Below, one piece after another: positions 31,107-39,053 of a stretch of DNA of 64,000 bases. Position 1 is the stretch's first letter; each line of letters starts with the position of its first letter. The stretch lies in the IMG/VR virus record IMGVR_UViG_3300037419_000842, one strand, 5' to 3'. A program made the position numbers and the translations under genes. The DNA is from a virus. Below the pieces are notes generated by a model. That model saw only the letters and a list, made by a program, of their open reading frames with translations, searched no databases and was not told the DNA's origin.

Positions 31107-31784
31107 TTATATTCTAACCATAGACCAAGTCTTCCCTTGCTTGATGGAATATATTGTATTCTGATTGACATTATAAATTAATGCTAAATCTTTTATTTCA
31201 TATCCATCACTTAGCTTTGCCTTTATATCTCTAACTTTTTCTTCATTCAATTTTATGTAATTGACTGAATTCAAAATAAAATTTGGAAGAACATGTGTCC
31301 ATGTTTTTAAATCTCTAATCTGCTTAATTGTAGCTTTACTTACTCCATAAATATCAGCAATATCTTTATTGCCAATTGTTGTATATGCCATTAAATGTTT
31401 TATCTCATATACATCTTTTTCAGTCAGTACGGAATGTGGATGCCTATCTCCAAAAACACCATTACCAGCAGTAAACTTATCGGACTCATTCTCAGAGTAC
31501 GTACCAACTTTTAAATGATTTGGATTAATGCATCTGCTATTGTGACATAAGTGTCTGACTACAAATCCAACCTTAGATTTTTCTCCATTGAAAACATCGT
31601 TAATCCAAACGTGCATATCAATATGTTTCCCAAATCTTTTCATTCTGTAATATCCAGTCTTTTGACTGGAATGACTTACACAAATAAAACATTCTCCATT
31701 CTCCCCACCTAAAACATATTTAATAGGTTTTACGGCAGTTGTACCTTGTGAAACATAACCATCATCTAAAATAAACTCTTCCAT
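31107..31784 (-). CDS. HNH homing endonuclease with C-terminal HTH repeats
   Basis: VVRHLCHNSRCINPNHL...YSEN His-Cys/HNH motif; IADIYGVSKATI HTH. Confidence 0.85.
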   Translation of the reverse strand: MEEFILDDGYVSQGTTAVKPIKYVLGGENGECFICVSHSSQKTGYYRMKRFGKHIDMHVWINDVFNGEKSKVGFVVRHLCHNSRCINPNHLKVGTYSENESDKFTAGNGVFGDRHPHSVLTEKDVYEIKHLMAYTTIGNKDIADIYGVSKATIKQIRDLKTWTHVLPNFILNSVNYIKLNEEKVRDIKAKLSDGYEIKDLALIYNVNQNTIYSIKQGKTWSMVRI

Positions 31785-31793
31785 AAAAACACC

Positions 31794-32006
31794 TTAAAGC
31801 CAACTAAAGAATTCTCTTGGGAGACTGTTTTGAATTTTAACAATCATATCAAGCAATTCTCTTTTTGTTTTTACATGATCTGGTGGACAACTTTCAAAAT
31901 CCTCTTGCAGTTGCAAAAGTGCTCGAATATTAAAATCATAAAAATCAGGGAACTCAAATCTCTTTTTCCAATCTTCAAACTTTTTATCAACATTACTCAT
32001 ACGCAC
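31794..32006 (-). CDS. Hypothetical protein
   Basis: 70 aa ORF. Confidence 0.55.
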   Translation of the reverse strand: MRMSNVDKKFEDWKKRFEFPDFYDFNIRALLQLQEDFESCPPDHVKTKRELLDMIVKIQNSLPREFFSWL

Positions 32007-32038
32007 TCACACTCTCTAATTTATTCTTATATTTGTAT

Positions 32039-32112
32039 TGGAGCGGACGACGAATCACGATATCGTATCCTTCGGGTGGAAGCCGAAGATTTTTCCTTTA
32101 AACTACGTCCGC
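32039..32112 (-). tRNA. tRNA-Gly(UCC) with non-canonical T arm
   Basis: TTCGG-CTTCCAC-CCGAA; acceptor GCGGACG/CGTCCGC; U73 CCA; T-loop lacks TTC. Confidence 0.8.
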
Positions 32113-32113
32113 A

Positions 32114-32189
32114 TGGTAGTGACGGCTTGATTTGAACAAGCGACCCCCTGTGTATCAGACAGGCATTCTCACCACTGAACTACGTCACT
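32114..32189 (-). tRNA. tRNA-Ile(GAU)
   Basis: CCTGT-CTGATAC-ACAGG; canonical; CCA. Confidence 0.9.
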
Positions 32190-32192
32190 ATT

Positions 32193-32270
32193 TGGTTGCT
32201 ACGTGCTGGTAACGCTCCAGCTTAATCAGGCTTATGAAGCCAAACGAGATACTTACCTCTACCACCAGCT
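32193..32270 (-). tRNA. tRNA-Met(CAU)-like, imperfect stems
   Basis: Loop TTCATAA; T arm GCTGG-AGCGTTA-CCAGC; bulged acceptor; CCA. Confidence 0.6.
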
Positions 32271-32276
32271 ATATTT

Positions 32277-32369
32277 TGTGGTCATGGCTAGAATTGCACT
32301 AGCAATGGACTTGATCATCGTCCACCCTCATTACGCGAGGGCGCGTCTTCTATTTCCGCCACATGAACC
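32277..32369 (-). pseudogene. Class II tRNA-like element (Leu-like D arm, GUA at the anticodon position)
   Basis: CCCTC-GCGTAAT-GAGGG; variable arm TGGAC/GTCCA; T arm GCTAG/CTAGC; no intact CCA. Confidence 0.55.
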
Positions 32370-32378
32370 ATATAAAAA

Positions 32379-32657
32379 TCATTTAAACTTTGAATTACAC
32401 ATCGTAGGAAGCAAAACATGATTACGAATTTCCTGATTCGCTTCAGATGAAAACATAATGTCAAATCTATACCCTCTTACAAGTTGATTTGATCTTCTAA
32501 ATATTCTTACATCATATAAATCAGATTCAATCCTTACACAATTATACTCATTTCTACTTTTGGTAATTCCACCTGAATTTTGCAACATTTCAGTAAAGAA
32601 ATTTACATACATATTGTACTCAAATTCATTTGTAGCAAATGCACCAATCTTAGTCAT
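32379..32657 (-). CDS. Hypothetical protein
   Basis: 92 aa with RBS. Confidence 0.6.
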   Translation of the reverse strand: MTKIGAFATNEFEYNMYVNFFTEMLQNSGGITKSRNEYNCVRIESDLYDVRIFRRSNQLVRGYRFDIMFSSEANQEIRNHVLLPTMCNSKFK

Positions 32658-32669
32658 AACTTCACCTTC

Positions 32670-32867
32670 TTATTTTCTAATGCTAACTCTTCTTAGTTCT
32701 CCGAATATCTTATTATAGATTCTGCCATACCATCTTGGCCTGAACATCAGCAAGTAAGGAATAAGCATCACATATGAAAGAATCCAGAGTGGAATATAAA
32801 TCATAGCAATAAGTAGCATTTCATACCATTTGAAATCAAAACTTATGAACAACATAATTCCACTCAC
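32670..32867 (-). CDS. Small membrane protein
   Basis: Hydrophobic N-terminus, then MFRPRW; paralog of 36502-36705. Confidence 0.6.
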   Translation of the reverse strand: MSGIMLFISFDFKWYEMLLIAMIYIPLWILSYVMLIPYLLMFRPRWYGRIYNKIFGELRRVSIRK

Positions 32868-32878
32868 CTAATTTCATT

Positions 32879-34630
32879 TTATTTAGCATCTAACGTTCCT
32901 CTTGTAATCCAATCCCCATAAGTTGCACAAAATGCATCAATCGTTATAGAATCACTTGTTGTAAGAACTGTTGACTTAGAAGCATAGAAACTCACCTTAA
33001 TTTGAGTACCAGTAAAAGTCTCTGGAACAATGAATCTGTAAGTGTAGATTGAATTTAAAGGATCAGAAATATCAAGTGGATTCAATGTTGCAAGAACTAT
33101 ATTATTCACATCAGTAACTTCAACTGTACGATCAGGCAATCCAGAAGTTCTATAGTTTGCCGCCAAGTAGATTGGCGCTCCCTTTAACGAAGAACTCACT
33201 GTAAATGTGTAAGTCACCTTATTACCAAGAATAGAACCATTAACTGTTTCAGCAGGTGCAATATTCTCATACAACTGTTCAAGCTTTCCAAATCGTCTAA
33301 TTCCATTTACTTTACCACCGAATACAAGACCTTCTTGCAAACCGCCAGCTAAAATAGTAATTGAAGCATTGACAGTATTGTAAATAGTAAGATTTTCTGG
33401 AATAGTCTTAACAGTTATGTCACCACTATTTTGTGCTGTAATCTTTCCACTGTACATTGCAAGATCAATAATATCATCACTCAAATGATCAAATGAACCT
33501 TCAGTTTCGATAGTTGTTGCTAATGCTACAGAAGGAGTTGCACAATAGATAAGACTATCAGTATAGCCATTTCCATCTCCATAACTATTTCCCTTGAACG
33601 AAAACTTACGTTCTGCACTTGTAGGAGAATTAACATTCTCAAGACAAATAACATATTTAGGAGCAATTGGCGCTGATCCACCATCACTAATAGCACCTTT
33701 GATAAAGTGATTATTGTTAATTTGGATATTTCCTTGCTGATCTCCACAAACTTGAATGCAACCTTTGTAAGATTCTCCCAAACTCAATGTACTTCCACCA
33801 GAAGTTTGAAGACCACCACAACGACTAAATGTGTTCTCATTAATAGAAAGATCATGATTCTGTTGTTTCAATTGAACTCCAACGCCTGAAACTCTATCAA
33901 ACCAATTTCCTTTAATCATATTGTTATCACAACCATACAAGGAAATAGCTGAGTCTCTGTCGATCCATTCAAACCTATTATTTAAAATTCTATTTGCTCT
34001 TGCTTGGACAAGATCAAAGCCTTTGTTTCCAACAAAGATATTATCATTCCATTCGCAATCTACTAAACGTCCTTGAAAAACTGTTTTATTAACTGTATCT
34101 CCACTGTTGTTATAAACTGTAAATGCACACTTTCTAAAATGAAAGTTTTGACACATTTCAGTTGAACCAGATGGAGCATTGAGAACCACCATATTCTTAA
34201 ACGAACAATCCTCAATGTCAAAGCTTCTACAATCACCTGAAATAACAAGACGAGTAAAACCTGTGAAAGAAAGATTTCTCAACGAAACATGATAACCTTG
34301 ACTTGGTTTGTCAAACAGTTCACTTGTATAATCACCAACTAAAACTGATCCACCTTTAGAGAATACATCACCGTAACTTGCACCACTCCAGTAGTGCTTT
34401 ACTGTTGATCCTCCAATAAATGTAATATTATCATAGTTAGTAAGTTTACCACGAATAAGCCATTCGCCTTCAGGAATATAAATGATTTTACATGACGTTG
34501 AATTTTGCGCTATATTTATTACTCTTTGAATGATACTTGTGTTATCAAAATCAATTTGTTGCCATCTTGGGATAGCTCCAAAATCTGCAATATTTAATGC
34601 ATTATTAATCATATTAATCACTATAAACAT
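32879..34630 (-). CDS. Right-handed beta-helix (pectate-lyase-like) protein, putative depolymerase
   Basis: NIADFGAIP...DNTSIIQ...IYIPEGEW N-terminus; Asn-ladder repeats. Confidence 0.75.
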   Translation of the reverse strand: MFIVINMINNALNIADFGAIPRWQQIDFDNTSIIQRVINIAQNSTSCKIIYIPEGEWLIRGKLTNYDNITFIGGSTVKHYWSGASYGDVFSKGGSVLVGDYTSELFDKPSQGYHVSLRNLSFTGFTRLVISGDCRSFDIEDCSFKNMVVLNAPSGSTEMCQNFHFRKCAFTVYNNSGDTVNKTVFQGRLVDCEWNDNIFVGNKGFDLVQARANRILNNRFEWIDRDSAISLYGCDNNMIKGNWFDRVSGVGVQLKQQNHDLSINENTFSRCGGLQTSGGSTLSLGESYKGCIQVCGDQQGNIQINNNHFIKGAISDGGSAPIAPKYVICLENVNSPTSAERKFSFKGNSYGDGNGYTDSLIYCATPSVALATTIETEGSFDHLSDDIIDLAMYSGKITAQNSGDITVKTIPENLTIYNTVNASITILAGGLQEGLVFGGKVNGIRRFGKLEQLYENIAPAETVNGSILGNKVTYTFTVSSSLKGAPIYLAANYRTSGLPDRTVEVTDVNNIVLATLNPLDISDPLNSIYTYRFIVPETFTGTQIKVSFYASKSTVLTTSDSITIDAFCATYGDWITRGTLDAK

Positions 34631-34666
34631 CTCTCCTGTATAAAGGCGTTAGTTGAGCATAAAAAT

Positions 34667-34912
34667 TTATTTTGACTGCTTTTCGATTGAAACCCATGTT
34701 CCACTTGTATTGCCAATCAGTGCATGAGCATTTTCTAAGGACTTCTTAAACGATCTTGCATCTTCTTCTTGAATGAAAGCTTGATAGCAAATTCTAGTCT
34801 CTCCATGAAATTCTCCAATTCTTTTGCTCCAAGATACAACCCAAACATCAGTTACTTCTACTTCTTTTGTTTCATTTGTCGGAATAGAAATAGTTTTTCT
34901 TTTAAAGAACAT
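34667..34912 (-). CDS. Hypothetical protein
   Basis: 81 aa with RBS GGAG. Confidence 0.6.
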   Translation of the reverse strand: MFFKRKTISIPTNETKEVEVTDVWVVSWSKRIGEFHGETRICYQAFIQEEDARSFKKSLENAHALIGNTSGTWVSIEKQSK

Positions 34913-34965
34913 TGAATCATTCTCCGTTCAATAGTTTTTTATTTGGCTAACAGGCTATATTATAA

Positions 34966-35039
34966 TGGTGCCCTCTACTGTAATCGAAACAGTGACTACG
35001 GGTTACAAAGCCGTTGTTTTACCACTAAACTAAAAGGGC
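34966..35039 (-). tRNA. tRNA-Thr(UGU)
   Basis: ACGG-CTTTGTAAC-CCGT; acceptor GCCCTTT/AGAGGGC; CCA. Confidence 0.85.
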
Positions 35040-35042
35040 ATT

Positions 35043-35136
35043 TGGGGCGTATGACGAGGTACGATCTCGCAAAGGGTCAACAAACCCTTACAGGATTCAC
35101 ATTCCTGCGTGTACTTCCAATCCCACCACACACGCC
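35043..35136 (-). tRNA. tRNA-His(GUG) with G-1:C73 and a long variable arm
   Basis: 8-bp acceptor GGCGTGTG/CATACGCC then CCA; loop ATGTGAA; variable arm AAGGG/CCCTT. Confidence 0.75.
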
Positions 35137-35178
35137 ATAAAAACAACTTTTTATAGTTTAATAAAGTTAATAAAAATC

Positions 35179-35516
35179 ATTTCCTGCCATGACAGCCCTT
35201 TATAAACTGGAAAGGACAAGTCATAACAACCTATGAAATTAAACAAGGGATTTTATCGAATGGGCGTGATACCCAATGTATCACTAAGCCCTGATATTTA
35301 AGACTTCAACGTTGACTCATGTGAATTCTGAGTCGTAAACTTTAAGGTTTGATCTCTGAGCTTTGAGCTTTATATCACATTTTTAATTATCCCCAATGGA
35401 TTAATACTCTGCACGAGTTATCAAATAGTTCCTTTAACAGAACAACCTAAAAGTTGTAAATTTAACGTAATTTACGAAACGTATGAAGTTCTCCAGTTTT
35501 CGTCATGTCAGGAAAT
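35179..35516 (-). ncRNA. Candidate ~340-nt structured ncRNA downstream of the coiled-coil gene
   Basis: 15-bp closing helix (1 mismatch) plus an 8-bp second helix, several internal hairpins and a 7-nt periodic track; no credible ORF. Confidence 0.7.
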
Positions 35517-35611
35517 ATCAATTATTTATTTGCACCTTGCGGGACGCGCCAAGTCATCTTATTCTTATTGCAATAGGGAAGATGACTAGAAACCTAGAGA
35601 CCTATTTGACA

Positions 35612-36238
35612 TTAACCGCTAATTTCAATGTCTGTGCGCGTATTACTCTCACTCAGAAGAAAGTCAGCTTCTTTGTCAAATTCTTCAATCTGCTCAGTAA
35701 GTTTATCAATTGTCTTTTTCAGATCAATTGGATCAATAAACTTAACTTCATTGTCAAGATTGAATCCTTTCGTAATTTCTTCTACGGAAGCTTCTTTGCC
35801 CTTAGTTTCTTTGCCAAGAGCATTCTCAATACGCTTCTCAAGAGCTTGTTTTGCCTTCTCTTGTTCACGTGCGAGAACTTGAAGTGTCGTAGTGTACTGA
35901 GTACGCATCATGTTCAAAGCTTGACGATCATGAACAATTGAATTTTTACGTTCAATTACCTCTGCCACACTCATAACTTTTCCACTAGGGAAAGTTACCT
36001 GAGTGATTGCATTAGATGCAATGATTGCAGATTTAATCTCAGCACGACGAGCGATCAAGTCTCTGATAGATGCAAGAGATGCTTCAGCATTCTTTGCAAA
36101 ATTTTCAGGAGAAATATGACCACCAATTGGTTTAGAACCAACTTGAATACTTACGAATGCCGCTTCGCTAATTGCACGATTAATTCTAGCCTCAAGTACT
36201 CCCAATTCCGACAATGCTCTGTGTACGCTCAATTTCAT
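35612..36238 (-). CDS. 208-aa coiled-coil protein, resembling the DIP1984-like family
   Basis: MKLSVHRAL..L..LEARI; internal pseudo-repeat (MSVAEVIERK; SNAITQV / SNTRTDIEI); IDP motif. Family call unverified. Confidence 0.6.
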   Translation of the reverse strand: MKLSVHRALSELGVLEARINRAISEAAFVSIQVGSKPIGGHISPENFAKNAEASLASIRDLIARRAEIKSAIIASNAITQVTFPSGKVMSVAEVIERKNSIVHDRQALNMMRTQYTTTLQVLAREQEKAKQALEKRIENALGKETKGKEASVEEITKGFNLDNEVKFIDPIDLKKTIDKLTEQIEEFDKEADFLLSESNTRTDIEISG

Positions 36239-36332
36239 TAATAAATCTCTCCCTTTTCATCTTTGATATTTAAATTTGATTAGTAAATATAATTCATTTT
36301 TTATTACATCTGTTATTTTCGACTGTTTTCAT

Positions 36333-36361
36333 ATTATACCATTTTATCAGCCACTTGTCAA
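36333..36361 (-). promoter_or_regulatory. sigmaA-type promoter for the coiled-coil/ncRNA/tRNA unit
   Basis: TTGACA-17-TATAAT with TG extension. Confidence 0.7.
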
Positions 36362-36388
36362 CAACTATTTTTCAAGATCGATTTTTAT

Positions 36389-36474
36389 TGGCGAGGGTGG
36401 GAGGATTCAAGCCCCTTAACAATGGTTTTGGAGACCATCTGCGCTCTCTGGCGACATTTAAGTTTCCTACCCCC
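36389..36474 (-). tRNA. tRNA-Trp(CCA)-like with an insertion between acceptor and D arm
   Basis: ATGGT-CTCCAAA-ACCAT; G73 CCA; 5' region about 10-14 nt too long. Confidence 0.55.
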
Positions 36475-36501
36475 AAGCATGCGAGCGTTCCGCTCTAGGT
36501 A

Positions 36502-36705
36502 TTATCTTCTCTTCCTATCAATCTTAAAGAACAACATGTTTTGATTGAAATACTTCTTAATCAATCTAGCAGACCATCTTGGTTTAAACATTATCCAGTG
36601 TGGAAGAGTAATTATTTGACAAAAAATCATGAAAACAAGTATCATTACTATAAACAAAAAGTTGCTCCAACCACTATCTCCATCAAAAAGTCCCATACTC
36701 ATCAC
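36502..36705 (-). CDS. Small membrane protein
   Basis: Hydrophobic stretch then MFKPRW. Confidence 0.6.
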   Translation of the reverse strand: MMSMGLFDGDSGWSNFLFIVMILVFMIFCQIITLPHWIMFKPRWSARLIKKYFNQNMLFFKIDRKRR

Positions 36706-36859
36706 TCCACTATATCTACAATCATAAGAAACTTTTCATTCATATAAAAGACGAATACCAAACTTTCTTCATACTCACATATGAATTCTGATCTAAAGTT
36801 TACTTTTAGATTCATATCAATCATCTCTCTCGGTTACATTTATTATACCATTTATTCTT

Positions 36860-37048
36860 TTACTTGTCAATGCCATTCTCTAAATCTTTTTCTTCATTAT
36901 CTTCGTAATTGTGACTCCATTCAAAAATACCGTTATCTTTGCAACCACAATTCTTAAATCTCAAGTAATCTTCTTCTGTTGCATTATAGTTAATTGTCAA
37001 TGTATTTGTACATCTACTGCTATTACACTTCCAAACATACCACTTCAT
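36860..37048 (-). CDS. Small Cys-containing protein
   Basis: 62 aa; CNSSRC...CGC. Confidence 0.55.
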   Translation of the reverse strand: MKWYVWKCNSSRCTNTLTINYNATEEDYLRFKNCGCKDNGIFEWSHNYEDNEEKDLENGIDK

Positions 37049-37130
37049 TTATTCTTCCACCCTTCGGCTCAACGTAATACAAATTATACCATATAGATTA
37101 ATGTATGTCAACAACTTTTTTAAAATAAAT

Positions 37131-37162
37131 AAAAAGGACAGCTAAAAATAGCTGTCCTTTTT
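37131..37162. terminator. Intrinsic terminator
   Basis: AAAAAGGACAGCTA-loop-TAGCTGTCCTTTTT. Confidence 0.7.
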
Positions 37163-37164
37163 AT

Positions 37165-38331
37165 TTATTTAAGCCCCAAATTAATGCTTGCTGTAATTGC
37201 ATCTTTAGCCGCACTAAGAGGATGAATTCCATCTCCTGTAAATCCAGCTTTCCACAATCCAGTGCTATCAGACGCTGTTTCGATAACCGCCGCAACATCA
37301 AGGACATTTACAGGATACAATCCTGCACGAAGATTCTGATTAAATGTTGCACGTTTAGTATTGTAGCTATTACCAGAATAAACAGTTTGATTTCCAACTG
37401 TTGCCCAGTTATCCGTACTAGTTGTTCTTGGTGTACTTGTGCTTTGATATACAACCAGTCCAATAGATTTCAAGTTCCTCCACAAGTCTTTAATGTATCC
37501 TTCTTGTGTAGCAAATGAAGCTGGAAGGTTCCAATCATTCGCTCCGAATGTCACAATGGCATGAGTAAAATATTGTAACAATCTCATGCGATATGCATTA
37601 CCAGAGTTTTGTTGCATCGTTGTAACATCAGAGCCGGGACGAGATAGAATAGAATAACCATATTTATTCTGAACTTCTAATACAGGCCATCCATCACCAT
37701 TAGCATCTCCAACCATAGAATCTCCAATAAGTGCGAATGCAACAGCATCGTCTTTAGCTGGAACTCCAATGATAACCGAAGGGCCATATCCAGATTCAGT
37801 TGAAGCACCAAGAGCACCAGTAGTGTTAACCTGATCTCCAGTAGACTTTCCTTCTCCACTAGAGCCAATAAGACCAAGACCTTGAGGATATGTTTGTCCA
37901 TCCGTAGGGACAGAAACCCAAATTCGTGTAAAGAATGTAGCGCCTACAGGAATATCGCGGTAAATTGGATCAGTCAGAGCAAAGCCACCAATATCAAGAG
38001 TTTTGTTTCTAACTCCACCGAAGAATAGGCGAGTCATTAATCCGTTATATTCCAATGCTACTGCAATGGTGATTGGATTTCCATTACTTGATTCAGTTGT
38101 AACCGTAGGATAGAAGTTTGCAAAACCAAACTGCAAGCTGTGACACTCTGTTTTCATAACGTGAGAATAACGATACGTAACACCCGCAGTTGTGCCAGCA
38201 AGCGTAGTACCTACATGATGTGCCGCGCATCGTGTAGCAACTTGAATTGGTCTTTTCTTTGCAATTCCTCCCACAAACTTATTAATTTCAGACTTCCTTA
38301 TGTCATTGGGGAAAATATTATTTTTGTCCAT
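37165..38331 (-). CDS. SGNH/GDSL hydrolase
   Basis: Blocks IGDSM, FGAND and DGIHP. Confidence 0.8.
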   Translation of the reverse strand: MDKNNIFPNDIRKSEINKFVGGIAKKRPIQVATRCAAHHVGTTLAGTTAGVTYRYSHVMKTECHSLQFGFANFYPTVTTESSNGNPITIAVALEYNGLMTRLFFGGVRNKTLDIGGFALTDPIYRDIPVGATFFTRIWVSVPTDGQTYPQGLGLIGSSGEGKSTGDQVNTTGALGASTESGYGPSVIIGVPAKDDAVAFALIGDSMVGDANGDGWPVLEVQNKYGYSILSRPGSDVTTMQQNSGNAYRMRLLQYFTHAIVTFGANDWNLPASFATQEGYIKDLWRNLKSIGLVVYQSTSTPRTTSTDNWATVGNQTVYSGNSYNTKRATFNQNLRAGLYPVNVLDVAAVIETASDSTGLWKAGFTGDGIHPLSAAKDAITASINLGLK

Positions 38332-38370
38332 TAGTATTTCACTTCCTTCTCAATAAAAAATTAGAACAGA

Positions 38371-38634
38371 TTAAAACTTACCAAACCATTTGAAATCAAT
38401 ACCAGCCTCAACAATAACAAGAGAATAAATCTTAGAATCGTTTGCATCAATTTGAAGTCCTTGTTCTGGATCAAGAGGAATTGGGCCGCTACCATTGATT
38501 TTAATTGTGCATGCTTGAGTATTCAAAAAAGAAAATTCATAATATTGTCTGTTAACATTCCATCCAGACGGAAGTGGAAGAATCTCCTGATTTGCTGTGC
38601 TAGTACTTTTACCACCATTATAACCTTGTGCCAT
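38371..38634 (-). CDS. Hypothetical beta-rich phage protein
   Basis: 87 aa with RBS GGAG; promoter at 38722-38750. Confidence 0.65.
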   Translation of the reverse strand: MAQGYNGGKSTSTANQEILPLPSGWNVNRQYYEFSFLNTQACTIKINGSGPIPLDPEQGLQIDANDSKIYSLVIVEAGIDFKWFGKF

Positions 38635-38755
38635 TTTAACATCTCTCCTTACTTAATATGTATTATCAAAATAATAAAAAAGACAAACCCTTTGTGAGTT
38701 TGTCTATTGTCTTTATTCTATATTATATCATTTATTACATCATTTGTCAAAAATA

Positions 38756-39022
38756 CTAAATGCGATTTGCTTTACGAGAATTCTTCGCCATCTGACGACG
38801 ATTCTTGCGACGATTATATTCTTTATCAGAGAGAGTATAATCAACTGGATTGTTCAAACGATTAAATCCACCTTGACGAAACAGTGCAAATTGACGTGCA
38901 ATTCCAGCTTGACTTACTGCGTCAAAAGCTTTTTTCTGATCTTCTGTAGGTTGTGCAATCACTTCAGGATTTACGATGTTAAAGAATTTTTCATGTTTTC
39001 CAAGTTCAATTTGTCTATTCAT
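38756..39022 (-). CDS. Hypothetical basic protein
   Basis: 88 aa with RBS GGAG. Confidence 0.6.
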   Translation of the reverse strand: MNRQIELGKHEKFFNIVNPEVIAQPTEDQKKAFDAVSQAGIARQFALFRQGGFNRLNNPVDYTLSDKEYNRRKNRRQMAKNSRKANRI

Positions 39023-39053
39023 ATTTATTATCTCCTTTTATTCGAATTTTAAA

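Noticed and set aside
35286-35371. CRISPR or TIGR-like array interpretation of the periodic track
   Set aside because: The units are only 7 nt, with no conserved 20-40 nt repeat separated by unique spacers; no cas genes in the window.
34943-35941. Plus-strand ORFs 34943-35140 and 35483-35941
   Set aside because: They overlap tRNA-Thr, tRNA-His, the structured RNA and the coiled-coil gene in antisense; no RBS.
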